Assembly: GCA_002269645.1 (NCBI GenBank)
Contig: NIVC01002601.1
Span: 93,950-157,949 of the forward strand
DNA length: 64,000 nt
Source: Macrostomum lignano
Taxonomy: Eukaryota
Direction: 5' to 3'
Part shown: positions 38,323-51,434 of the stretch, piece after piece
Layout of the letters: every line of letters starts with the position of its first letter
Numbering within the stretch: the first letter of the stretch is position 1
Notes under the pieces: generated by a model
The model's input: the letters and a program-made list of their open reading frames with translations, nothing else
What the model was told of the DNA's origin: nothing
Databases searched by the model: none
Position numbers and translations under genes: made by a program

Positions 38323-41300
38323 AGCGTCGATATAATTAAACTTAATCCTATTCCTGAAATCATATCAACAATTTCAACCATGTTTCATAAACTAAGGCGT
38401 TTTAATTCTTTAAATAACTAATACAAACTACGTTTAAACGAATGCTTTGCGAAATCAGTACCTACGAAATCAGTAGTGTATATCAGTACCTCTAAACAAA
38501 TTATAGTAAATTCTAGGCCTAAATAGCATACACTGTAGTTATTAAATATACCCGGTGTAATTCTTCAACCTTTTACTATAGAAGAAGCAAAAATTTTGTT
38601 TTTTCAACCTTCCATTCTTTCCAATAAAAAATCAAATAGAATAATAAACAACTTAAAACACATTTCATGTTTTAGGAGGTTGCGCGTTAAAATGATGTGA
38701 TTGAAAAAAGTTATCGATAGCAGATTTGCTCTATAAGAAAACTGGTCTGAACAACACTTCTCAAAGTAAACTAGCTCAGCTGCCTATTGAATAATTGACG
38801 ACAAAAATTGAAGTAAACAATGCACAGGGGCCGCCACAACGAATTTTTATGGTGCTATAAATGTAGTTCCTACATGTACATGTATTGGAAAACTAAGCTG
38901 TGTTAATTTCCTCTGGTACGTGATTTTGGCCCTTAGCTCGTGCATTCTACCGCCTATATCAGCCCCCTTGACGCACTTTGACCCACGATCTGCTCCCTTG
39001 CCTCAACCCACTTTATTTGGCAGCTTGTCAGCTTCTGAGCAGCTTGACCCACTCAGCCCCCCCTGACCATGCAGTTGAAACCAAATTACTGTAGCTCCTG
39101 GATCACCAGCTTGACCCTCGACAGCTCAACTGACTTCACTCTGTCGACAAACTGAAGAAATTATAAGGCCCCTCCAAAATTGGAAATTTAGGTAGAACAC
39201 AAAATTGACTCGGCCACCATCCGGCCCGCGGCACCTTGTAAGAAAATCCTGGTAAATCCACGTAGTACCACTGCCTGAATTCTGCGAGTGCAAGGCCATG
39301 CAATCCATGTATGAGTCGTTCATGACTTGTTTATTAGTCATTTTTTACCCTGCTTCGATTCCTAGCTGCTTATGGTCCTTAATAGCTTGAAGATCATTTT
39401 ACATTGATAGGTAAGTTATGGTAGGGATCCTTCAGTTGAGAGTTCCTGCTGGTGACATGCAAATATTTCATGTGAATCATTAAAAATGCAAATTTGAATA
39501 AAAAGTTTTTCTGAAAACGAATAAGCTTAGCAAATTTAAAAGGCAATTAAAATTGGGGTATACGCCCTTTTTGGTGCCTGAGCCTTTTGGTACCCTCCAT
39601 TTCGGTACCCCTGTTTTCTTTTCGGTGCCTTAAGTATCAGATTTAAAGGGCATATGTCGTATAAACCATAAACATAACAGACTTTACGTGATACCAAATA
39701 AAATCCCGGAGAACGCAAATATTGCCACAAAAAATCTTTACCACTATAGAAAATAGAACAAAAACTAAAAATTAGGTCCTAATTTAAAAGTAAATTATCA
39801 GTAGTACTTTTTCTTGAAGTAACTAAAGTAATATTTTTTGTTAAGTTGACGCACTACTTATTTTTAAAAATATCTCGTTTCATTGAAATGAATTGCGCGG
39901 CCGGTGACTTGCTGCGCGAGAAAAGTTCTTTTTTTTCTTGTTACTGACAATACATTTATAAATAATATTGACATACTTTTGATGTCAATTTTCGTGACGA
40001 ATTAAAGCAAAAGTTGAAATTACATGAATTTAAATTTAGATTGTCGAATACCACATGAGTTGAATCAGTGCATGTTTTTTATAAAATTTGTAGTGCTCAT
40101 TCCCATCCCATCCCATCCCATGGTCCCATCTCATGCCAGTATAGGCCCTAATGCTCTGCTTACTCGCACGGACGTCATAACATGTATCGTGATAGGCCCC
40201 TAACGACTATCTATTGCATTTAGTTTTTGTAGCTAATGAGACATGACTCACTTTGCTTTAGGGCCTAATAATTTATGGAGAGCTTGTTTGCATGGCAGCT
40301 GTCGACATAGTGTTATAATTGCGTCCATGGCGGCTATCCACCTAGTGCTTTAGTTGCATGCATGGCAGCCATCCGCCTAGTGTTTTAATTGCGTGCATGG
40401 CAGCCAGCAGTTGGCTACAGTATAGGCCTAGTGAATTGGACCCTTTCTTTTAAATCTGTGCATTGCTACTAGGCCCCTAGACCTAACTAAACTAGGCCCT
40501 AAACCTAATTAATTTTTTTGTTAAATTGTTTATAATTTTTTATCCCACATACACTATGTATGCCTAATGTAATCTGAATTCATTGCTATTTTTGTTAATT
40601 TGAATATAATTTGAATAGGCCTAGTATACACCCTATAACTTACTATATATACATCTATACAAATAGATGTGGCTGCTTTGCATGCAATTATAATTATAAC
40701 ATTGGATGGATAGCTGCCATGCACACAAGCTCTTCAAATAATTTAACATCATGTCATCATTAGACATTAGACATCAGTTTAATCTAGGCCCAGGGCCTAA
40801 TAAAATCTGTATTGCATTGGTCTAGTAGTCTAGTCTGGAATCCAGACTCTGGATCAAATTTAAGTTGTGAGGCAATGTAGTATATTTAGCCTTACAGTTA
40901 CAGTATAGAATATTTCTGTTACGCAAACAACTTATTTCCTAAAAATTATCATATTCAAATTTCTGCCAAATAATAATATTTTTGTTTTAATGTTGTGTGC
41001 ACAAATATTAATAATATTGTACAAAATTAAGTTTGTTTTAAATACATAGATGAAACAGTATAAATAGAAGCCCAGAATAGGCCAAGAGGAGCATATCTTG
41101 CATTCGCTTTTCAAGTAAGACAGTGACAATTAGTCCACTCAATAAATGTTCCAAAAACATTCTTACTTGACTTATTCATTGCGACAATATAAAGCCCCAA
41201 ATTGGGAGTATTACTAAAAAGACCATTAGAAAGCGAGAATCACCTTAGGCAGTAATCTCAGAGTATATAAATCACTTCAGGGCAGTAACTTCAGAGAGTA

Positions 41301-41931
41301 TATAAATCGCCTTAGGGCAGTAACCTCAGAGAGTGTATAAATCGCTTTAGGGCAAAGAATTTGCTAAGGCTATGAACCTCTGATCCAGGGAATGCCCAGG
41401 ACCTATAGGAGTAGACAGTGCCATTAGACCACTCAGGCCAAAGAGTACAGTACATGTACATATGCTACCAATAATAAGAGTACAAGTTTTCATGCAAAGG
41501 TACATTAATTAAATAGAAGACAACCAGGTGGCTAACCAAAGGGATTATTGATAAGGACAGAAGCAAACCCTATGTCAACTTTGGTGGCATTTGTAAGATT
41601 TCTAGAGAGAGCTAAAAGGCCCTATTACATTTTGTGAAGTCATATTATAGCTGAAATTTTAAAGTCTAATTTTGAAATTCTTGGATGCCATTATTTGCAT
41701 TAATTTACAAAAAAACCCAGTTACATAGCTACTTACCATAGGACCATGAGAATAAGCATGGCTTTTTGAATGGCAGCTTTAGGGGGGCATATAGGGCACC
41801 TGCAGTATGCTCCCATCTAGTTTAAATTTGTTCTTTTTATACAAAAAACATTTATTATGTAAGTTACATACATTTATATATACCTTTGTAATATGCGCCT
41901 CCCATTTAAAATTTTCTAGATCTGTACCTAT

Positions 41932-42884
41932 TTAACCCTATTGAACCCGATGGTACGCATAGCATACCATGGCTCACAGCTTTGCCCGCTTACTATCATA
42001 GACAACTTTTTTTAAACCTGCAGAAATCTTAAGATGCAAGAACACAGACTTATAAGTGACAAATGGTATGCCATGCATGCCATGATTAGAGATGCAATTA
42101 CTTCGTGGCTTTCGAAAGTTTTTTATTAAAGCTTTTAATAATTAAGTACTATAGAAATAAACTAATTTATCAAACATTTTCTCAATAATTTCTTGCAATA
42201 AAAACTGGAACAAAGAAAGGCATATCATGAAAATTGTACCGTCTAGAAAAGTATAAAACATGAGAAAGGTTTTTTGAAGGAGGTAAGGAAGGAAGGAAGG
42301 AAGGATTGAGGAAAAACTGATATTTGAAGTTTTTAAGCATTTGTTTCTTATGTTTTGACCCCATATGAGCTACTTGGAACTCACAAGCACCTGTAATTTT
42401 TTCAGATAACTAAATTGTCTGATGTCGTTCATTGCTAATAAAAATTTACAACTTTTTACAATATCTAATCCATATCTGACATTAGAACAAGAATAATAAA
42501 CAACGATACATACTCAAGTTTCGTACATTGCACAGGATAAGTTGCGCAAACTTGTGTAAGCTCTAAATGCTGGCTGAAGAGTCACACAAACCAGGGACTG
42601 CACTTAAACGTGCCACTGCTCGAAACAGTCTCCAATGCACAGTCCCGGCTGATTCACACAACCCTTGCAGATGGTCACTGTGCACTTTGATACTCCATTT
42701 CTGTAGCAGACACGACAGCGCTTAGACGGATATGGATTTCCCTGGGTAGGTGGGAGCTTTGAAGGAAAGTGTCCTTCAAAGGATTAGTATTAGGTTTAAA
42801 ATCTGTGGGTTTTACTAGCTTGTAAAAATATTAAATAAAAACCATTTGCCTTCATTATCTTATATGTATCTTCTCAATAGGGTT
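41932..42884 (-). mobile_element. Internally deleted piggyBac element retaining the transposase C-terminal Cys-rich domain
   Basis: TTAA|CCCTATTGA end at 41932 and an 11-bp inverted match TCAATAGGGTT at 42874-42884; minus strand 42780-42604 encodes GHFPSKLPPT...RCRVC...TICKGC...PGLCIGDCFEQWH*. Confidence 0.72.
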
Positions 42885-45800
42885 TGTCTTTTTAATTTTT
42901 AGTATAAATATAAGACTATTTTTAGTATATGGATTAGCTAGTAAATAGTATTTTGTCAGGTAACCAAATTCTCAACAATGCATAGTAAGGTAAACCAAAC
43001 TTTTCAATGACAATAAAGTTGACAAATTAGGTGTTGACCAATTCAGTGGCATCTAATGATAGATATAGGCCTAGCTAATTTAGAATTTTATCAAATAAAT
43101 TGTTTTCCAAAATAAAAAAGCATGCTAGTTTAACAAAATAAATAATGGTTTTGTTGTAATATAGTGTAGGCCTATTTTTTATTATATTATTATAATTACT
43201 TTTTTGCCTTTTGTATCATAGGCCTAAACTAGGCAAAACTAGCATAGAAACTTAAAAAAATTGTAACATTGACAAAAGTTTTATGTTTTAAAAAATAAAC
43301 AAAAATCAAAAGTTCTATTATGAATAATCATTAAAAGATACAAAATTGCAATGTCAAATTCTGCAGAAAAGGTTTTGACTACTCTAGCTATATTAGATTT
43401 AATCTTATAGTTATTCATATAATATATAGAATAAAACAAACTGCGCAAAGTAGACCCTCAAAAAATAATTAATAGTAACAAATCTTGACCTTTTTGAGAT
43501 CTTGATAATTGCAATAAAAATCTTATTTGACATCTAATGAGGCATATAAGTTAGTTTAATATGCCTTAGGGCCTATTGAAAATGTATTAAAATATTTGCA
43601 AAAGTTATCTTCTACAAAAATTATAATAGAGGCCTAGGCTAACCTAATGGGCAAATTGCATTAAGATATTAAAAAGGTAAATTAAAGATACAAAAATGGT
43701 TTGTAGGGCCTTATCCCTACTTTTTTATTACTTGATAATTTTTTTAAATTAAGGGAAGATGTCTTTTTAATTCTGCCTTAGTCTTAGATAAATGAGATTT
43801 ATGGAATTGAATAATTAAAAAAATAAAAGTAACTTGAAAATCTTATTATTGGGCCATTACCTAACTAAAGCATTATTCTTCTATTGTCATATTAATAATT
43901 CTTTAGGTCTAGAAGACTAGAAATATTGATAGTGACATTTTATATTAATTGTACTATAAGGGATATCCTAAAAGTAGTATTATATTTGCTCCCATTATAT
44001 ATATAGACATTGCCCTCTTTTCTATAAAGTCTCTTTGCAGCTAGACACACTTGCCATTAAAGATGAAATGTATTGATCACATTGGTGTAGAATTCTGAAG
44101 AAATCTTATGAACTAGGATATAGTCAATAGTGTCTATGATACAATTATAATTATCAAATGTGAGCCCATAGTAGTTGCTTTAGATAGGGAACAAGGCTGA
44201 TTTCAAGACTCTAGAGGGCAAATATGGCATGTTATTGCCTTTCTAAAAATAAATCTTGCATCTATGACATTAAAAAACCTTGTTATTTGTGCTTTGCTAG
44301 TCTGTACTGTCTTAGCTCCACTGAGATGCTTGCTTTTACTGAAGTTGGAATAGACTGTATACACTATAAATCTAGAAATCTATGGCCAAGGGTCTTTATA
44401 TCATAACTCACTATGCTGAATCATAGTGAGAGTATGGGACTTTGACCCTATAAAGCCAAGAAAAGCCACTTTGCAAATGAAGGCAAATTTACTTTTAGTA
44501 CCTTATCAGAATCATGATGGCAAACAAAAGTGACACTACTTTTGGGATATCCCTCATACATTGGCAAAGAAATGAATTAGAGAAAACTTAGCTAAGTCTT
44601 GTAATAGGCTTAGCCTGCCTTATTATATAATATGTTCTAGGCTAGACAATTTTGCTTTTTATCCTAGACAAGTTAATTTATTATATATATTATTATTATA
44701 TTATTATTATATTATTATTACAATATATTAAAAAACAAGTATTTTTAAGCATTTACAAGAAAGCTCATGTTCAATAATATAATACATTTTACCTCCTATT
44801 TTGAACAAAGTCTTGTCTTTATAAAGAACAAACAAAACTTCAGTCTAAAAAAATTACAATTTAGGAAATATCATCATTTAAGTTAGTCCATTTTCAACTT
44901 AAGCACTAAAGAAGATCAGATTAAAAAGATAATTTGAATTGCTATAAGGAATGGAATTAATGAATTTGAAGTAGAATTTAAGGCTTATATGTTATTCTTA
45001 AGTTGATATATTATGCTTTATCTCTTTGTTAAAAGAAAGTGTAATTGTTTTTTTTTCAAATCTGCATATGCATGTTACTGTGTGTAGTAACTGAGCTTTT
45101 GGTTGCTCGAGCTAGGTGTTATTACTCGAATCCCACCGCTATCACCAGTTTTATACTTTAGTTGTTAGGGTGGTTTGGCAGGTTTTGATATCCCACTGCT
45201 ATCACCAGTGACAGCTTGGCTTTCTGGCTTCTGTGGTGGGGCAGACTGCTGTCCAAAGCAACCTTGCTGAGTATTCTTATGGGGGCTAAGACTGGGGAGA
45301 AATCTAAAATTAAGGGTAGTGCTGCTACCAGCGTGGGAACCATAGTATCTGCAATGAAGGGGTCTGTTTGGGCTTCATGCAAATAAATAACACTAGAACA
45401 ACTAGTCTCAGATATTTCAATGTCCAAGTGACAGGGCTCAATGGTAGCAAATGGCCTGAGTGGTGTAGTCCTGGTACTGACAAATGTCCACGCTTGAGCA
45501 TGTCTGAGTTTAGCTCTCAGAGGACCCCTAACTCCTATAAACTAATAGCTATGTCTCGCGCAGATGGGCGGCAAGGAAATAAGTCTATGTGCCTATGGCA
45601 GCAATAGACTCTAGGCCTATAAACTAACAGCTAGTCTTAGAATCGCGCACGAGTGCTGTGACTGCACACTCACTCTCACTCTTTTTTGCGCCTGTGTCGC
45701 GAATAGACACTAGCAGAATGGCTTCAGCCAACTGATTTCCTGCCAATAGAGTGGGCTGGGAAACCAGAGCTATAGCACTAGCAATGCTCTACCAAGACTT

Positions 45801-47429
45801 GCTCAGGAGCGTGCTTTCTGCTTGAGCGTTGCAATGCTCTACCAAGACCTGCTCAGGAGCTTGCGGCTGCTTTTAGCGATGCTTTGCTCTACCAAGACCT
45901 GCTCAGGAGCTTTGCTTCGCTGTTAACTGGTGCTAGAGCGCTTTCTCGGAGATAGCTCTCAATGAGTCTAACCAGTGGTCAAAAAGGTTCTAAGGAAAAA
46001 TTCAGACAAGCAGGCCTGCATTTGTTAATATAGAACGCGGAGGGTGGAGCGTTTGGGCATTCTGTGGCTTGACCATGGAACTGCAGCCGAAAAGTGCGGA
46101 TAATGATGCACAACAGATATTGATTAAACATTGGGGGGGGAGAAAGTAGCTTGTACGAAGCGCCAACAGTTGCCTCAAGCCACCAGTGACAATACCATGC
46201 CAAATTTGGGCTTGTGCGCACAAGGCTGCATGTGAGGGAGGGTTCAGCTCGGGACATGGGGTCCGCGAAACCCTCATTCCTCCTGCATCCGAGCCTCTCC
46301 CCATGTGTCATTCTATTTTTAGACTAAGAGAGAAAAAGGGGGAAAGGGTCCAGAGAGTGCACAGGGGAGGAGTGTGGCTAACTAGACTTTGCGTACACTG
46401 AGCGGTCATACGCGGCAGGCCAGGCAACAACATTACAGGCAAGCGCCAAATTTGGCGGCTTCCACTAACTAACCCTAAGGCTAGGCAAACTTCCTAATTT
46501 CCTATGTTAAAGAGTCTCATTATGATGACTCGATTGCGCCATATTGTGCAACTTCTGAGTGCTGAGGAAGGCTGCTTAGAGTGCATGGAGGCAGCAGAAA
46601 ATTCCTATTCCAGATACTAGCAGCAGACAGCAGTGCCTAAGATGTGACTGCGGCCCTATGCTTGCAGCAAAAGGCTGCGGCCACATCACTTGAGAAGTTT
46701 TGGCCATAAACAGTCTAAGTTGACTTAATTTTGTTTCAATAGAAAGGACTTTTCTGCAAGAATTTTTGCAAGTTCTAAGATTTCTTTAAGTGTTTGAATT
46801 GAAATCCTACTTGTTTTTTAATATGAATTGGTTTAAATAGGAGGTAAAATAGTATTATGGTTTATGGCTATCAATCAAATAATTTCTCTGTTTATTTGGC
46901 CATACACCTTGCAGTTTCTAATGAATAGACAAAGCAGCATTCCTATATGCAATTGTCTGATTAAAGCAACATATTGAATGACAATAATAATTTTTTTTTC
47001 TAGCATACAGGCCACTTTCCTGAGTATAATTTATAGAAATATTCTACAAAGTCCTAGATAGGCTAGTCATTTGCTCATCCTCCAATGAATGAAGACATTT
47101 AAAATTAATTCCAAATATTTAGTAGTGAAATAATTTCAATGCTATAGGTTTTATTAATATGAGAAAATTAAATTTCAAATGCACATTGCTTTTTCACTTA
47201 CTAGAATCTTTAAATTCATTTTGAAAAAATAACAATGCCATTTAGAATGCAAAGTTGTCTGTTTTTTGTTAATATTGTATACTATATATTTTTTAAACAT
47301 AATATTTGAAAGTTTGTTTTAGTAAGATTTTCTTAGAAACATATGCATTGTATACTATATTATTAAGCTATCTTTTTACACCACATTTAGGAGGCTAAAC
47401 TTAAGGGTCTCATTTTTGTTCAGGGCAGC

Positions 47430-47785
47430 CAGAGCTGGTATCTCATCTCAGTGTAGTTTAGGTCTGGCATCATTTGTAGTTCAGATTTAGTATCTTGTAT
47501 GTGACTCAGACAGTGCTGGTGTCTCATGGGTTCAGTGCTGGCTGGTATCTTGCAGGTCAGAGCTGGTATCTCATGGTTTCAGTCCTGGCTGGTATCTCGC
47601 ACGTCAGAGCTGGCTGGTATCTCGCAGGTCAGAGCTGGTCTCATGGGTTCAGTGCTGGCTGGTATCTCGCAGGTCAGAGCCGGTCTCATGGGTTCAGTGC
47701 TGGCTGGTATCTCGCAGGTCAGAGCTGGTCTGTCATGGGTTCAGTGCTGGCTGGTATCTCGCAGGTCAGAGCTGGTCTCATCAGT
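47430..47785. repeat. ~45-bp minisatellite next to the orphan exon donor
   Basis: TCATGGGTTC recurs at 47641 and 47686. Confidence 0.88.
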
Positions 47786-47820
47786 TCGCGGCTTCTCCTA
47801 GGCCATTCGCCATCACTTAC

Positions 47821-48085
47821 TCTCCGATTGCTTCGCTCCCCCGGACTGTGTCAGCAAGGCTTCAAAGCGCCCCGCCGCTACAGTGAAACGCTGGTTGATG
47901 CCGGCCTCCCAAACCGCGAATTCAACGTGTCGACGCCTGCGAGCTTCAGAAGATTCCGCTGCTCTTTTTCTAGCCTCGGCCAGTGCAGCCGCCTCTGCTG
48001 CAGCTGCAGCTTCATCCGCTTCGTCTTCTTCCAACTGATTGTTGGCAATCGTGGCATTGTCCTGCGTAGTGCCTTGGTGACTCAT
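47821..48085 (-). CDS. First coding exon (88 codons) of an unidentified gene; downstream exons not found
   Basis: GC-rich ORF (acidic/Ala-rich helical) ending at a strong phase-1 donor A|GTAAGT (47820); pyrimidine-rich AG acceptor directly before the ATG. Confidence 0.55.
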
Positions 48086-48680
48086 CTTGAAATCCAGTTG
48101 AAAAGCTAGGTGGTAATATTTGGTTGGAAATTTCTGGAAGCGTCGCAGTGAATAGGCTCTTATTGTAGGGATTGCGCTTCAACCTTTTCTCCCTATCTGT
48201 CCAACTCTTGCCCCAAGCTGCTCCAGATAGATCCCCGCCACTTTGGGAGCGAGGGGAGAGGAAAGGTGGGCGTGTTGCTATGCAATAACGACTGTTTCTC
48301 CTCCCCCCACTGTTCCATTGTTCTTTCTCAACATTCCCATCTGCATCTCTCTCTCTTCTAGCCTTCCCCTCTCTATATATCCCCATCCTGTATTTCCCAG
48401 ACTAATGCTGCTTAACTGTACACAGCGGATGGACAAATTTGTTTTTCTTTCACTAAGCACTGGAGACTTGAAAATGAGGCTGGAATGGGCCAAGCCAGGT
48501 CGATTCATTTAAAAAGAAACAGCTCTGGAAAAATAGGCTGAAAGATGTTCGATAAACAGCGGAACCCATATTTGGACAAATGCTTGATTTCAAAACACAC
48601 TTTAATCCATTCTGTCTATAGACTCCATATTGTCATCTGTCATGCACATACGAGCTGAATAGTTTAGTTTTGATTTATTG

Positions 48681-49000
48681 CAGGGGTCGGCAAACTTTTT
48701 TACCCTAAAGGGCCAGATAGAAAACCTATAGCGCTTAACTGCGGGCCGCAATAGGGGAGAGGAGAGATAATAGAAAAGAGAGATGGTGGAAAGAAGAGGC
48801 AAGGGAATAAAGGAGAAGAGAGGAAAGACGAAATAGAAGAGAGAGAAGAAAAGTGAGAGGAGAGAGGAGGAAGAAGAGGCGAGACTGGAGAAATGAGAGG
48901 AGAGAAGGGAGAGGAGAGACAAACCCTGAGCAGGCCGGATTGCTATTGTGAAGTTTCAAAGGACCCGAGAACCGGATGTGGCCCGCGTGCCGGAGTCTGA
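48681..49000 (+). mobile_element. hAT (MER58/Charlie-like) MITE with a GA-rich core
   Basis: Starts CAGGGGTCGGCAAACTTTTT...AAAGGGCCAGATAG and ends ...GGCCCGCG(T)GCCGGAG, the typical hAT-Charlie MITE layout. Confidence 0.75.
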
Positions 49001-49317
49001 GTTATTGCAAAGCAGCCCAGTGATTAACGCGCACCTGACTCACGCGCTACAGTCCCCAGGTTTGAGTCCTTACGCGGCCGCATTAACTCGGGGCTTGTGC
49101 ACGAAAATTGGCCCCGGGAGCTTTCTAATGATGTTTAGAAATTCAGGGCGTGTGCTTGTTCTGTGGGGGGGGGCACAACTGATGGGCTGCGAGTCGACTG
49201 TCGCCTTGTACGAGTATTTACGTAGCACTAATTAGAAACTGTAAGAAACTGAAACCTTACAAGCTTCGCGCATCAAAACAAATACTCGTTGCAGCCAAAG
49301 CCAGTTAGCCGGCACTG

Positions 49318-49509
49318 ATGGAGCCGGGCCAGACTCCCAAACCGGGCGTTGTTCCGCCGCCGAAACTGCACGCAGTTGTCTACATCTGCGGCGACTGTCA
49401 TAAGGAAAGCGAAATCAAAGCCAAGGAGGTGATCCGCTGTCGGGAGTGCGGCCATCGGATTATGTATAAGAAGCGCACGTCCCGAATGATTGTGTTTGAC
49501 GCGCGTTGA
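49318..49509 (+). CDS. POLR2K: RNA polymerase I/II/III shared subunit RPABC4 (RPB12), intronless, 63 aa
   Basis: YICGDCH...[16 protein letters not shown]...VFDAR zinc ribbon; AATAAA at 49626. Confidence 0.96.
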   Translation: MEPGQTPKPGVVPPPKLHAVVYICGDCHKESEIKAKEVIRCRECGHRIMYKKRTSRMIVFDAR

Positions 49510-50113
49510 ATAACTAAGAAAATCATTTTGCTTGCTTAGTTTACTGTTCTGTGCACTTGCATTTGATTTGTTGTCTAAATAATGGTTTGTATTTTAGGTA
49601 ATACCGCTGAAAACTGTTTGAATGTAATAAATTTATTTGGCTATGTTTGGTTTCAATTTTTATTATTAAAATGAAAATAAAAGTTCCGCTTTACTTGCTG
49701 TTTCTGTGGTTACTGTACTGTTACCATGGCTCAGTGTCTTGCACGACTGGATATAATTAGTATTCGTGTGATGTTTTGTTTTCGAAATTCATTTTGGAGT
49801 TGCTTATTGGAAATCATTCAGTCAAAAAATATCTAAAAACTAAATCTGATCTGGATGGTTCGCAATTTTACCATAATTTGTACCGTTATGTACATTGATA
49901 TTTCAAAGCGGGTTAACTTTAACAAGATCAATAATCCAACATTATTTTATTAGTTCACTAAATGTACGTGAATTACAGTACAGTTCAACAACTACAAAGT
50001 TTCTGAGTTAGATGTAAGCAACAGAACAGTTTTTTACTATCGGTTATGATACTACGAGATGATACTCGTACATGTAGAACAAGTGTTCGAAATATCTGTA
50101 CGCACATGTATAA

Positions 50114-51434
50114 ACCAAGGACCACTAGAAGTTACCGTTGTATCAGGACGCAACCCTCGTAAATATTGCAAAATTATTTGAAGGCCCGCTTGTTTGCATT
50201 GCAGCTGAACTTTAAATGCTCATAACTCCCTAAACTCCGGACTGGTTGCACTTAAAAAGATATTTTTTTCGCCAGGTTGCTCAAAATTTTGTTTTCTTTA
50301 ATATGATGCAAAGTTTGGCGCTATATATCTACATGTAGGAGCGGCGGGCGTACAGTAAAGTAACGGCAATACACAATATTTCATTGCATTCAAAATGAAT
50401 AAAGTTTCAGTTACTTCAATTATTGCCTCCTAGTCTCGATAAAGTAGCAGACCATACTTTATATCCCCCAGTTTGGAAGCTTTATAAAGCAGATAATCTG
50501 TACAGAGTTGAGTAGGCTGCAAAGGCATTATACACTTCACTATCAAAAACCAGTATAATCAAAATCAGGAAGGCATAATATTTCCGAAATCTTGGTATGA
50601 GCTGCATAAAATGCAGTCATATTTGCGAAGGACGGCTGCACCTAAAACTTGCTGCGTAATTTGCATTTTGTTCTGTGTAGCCTATAAGAGTTTACGTTCC
50701 CACGCGCCTGTTCTGCAGTGTTTAAAATAAAAGGAGAGACAGTGGAGGCGCTCACTTCACTTTTCTCTCGCCCGCATCTGCGGGCCTAAAGGCATGGCCA
50801 TTGCCTCGGCTGGGCTGTAGGCCGCAGCAGCCTGGGCCCAGAAAACCGTGCTTCGAGTTCAATTCTTTGTTATCCGACGTGAGCAGAAGGTGCAGGCAGG
50901 ATGGACACAAAATCCTACCTGTTACACTTGGTACACCTGCCCAACAAGGACTCCAACATTCAAATGACAACTGCCATGACAGCAAAAAAGCTAAGGCTAG
51001 GCCTATAAGTTAGTAAAATAATATACTTGTTAAACTACTTTTTTGTTGATAGTTAATTAGTTAGAAGCCCATCTGATCCTTTTCTCAAGCTTTGTCGAAT
51101 TAGTAGTTCTAGCACTTAGCAGTATATGTCAACTGTCTGCATAAAACCTTGGCTTAGGAAATTCTAAAACGAGTTTCATATAGTGATATAATTACTTTAA
51201 AATTAATTTGCATCTAGATTTAATAGATTAAAGCCTAAATAAAGTATAAATACACCTATTTATGGAGCTTCTGAGGCTCAAATGTAGTGCATGTTTCTTT
51301 AAAACAGTCAAGTAGAATACTTTTTTGAAGGCAAGTACCGATAAATACACGTAAACAAGCGGGCCTTCAAATAATTTTGCTATATTTACGAGTGTTGCGT
51401 CCTGATACAACGGTAACTTCTAGTGGTCCTTGGT
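50114..51434. mobile_element. Non-autonomous DNA transposon, 1321 bp, 82-bp TIRs, 4-bp TSD (ATAA)
   Basis: 50114-50195 is the reverse complement of 51353-51434 with 2 mismatches; ATAA flanks both ends; no transposase ORF. Confidence 0.85.

Noticed and set aside
41737-41799. 63-nt phase-1/1 pseudo-exon that could follow the orphan exon
   Set aside because: It overlaps a decayed GGGGGGCATATAGGGCACCTG MITE-like motif and encodes nothing recognisable.
45158-46401. Short ORFs in the GC-richer patch at 45-46.4 kb as possible gag or exons
   Set aside because: No gag/pol motifs, and frequent stops consistent with CpG-decayed element sequence.
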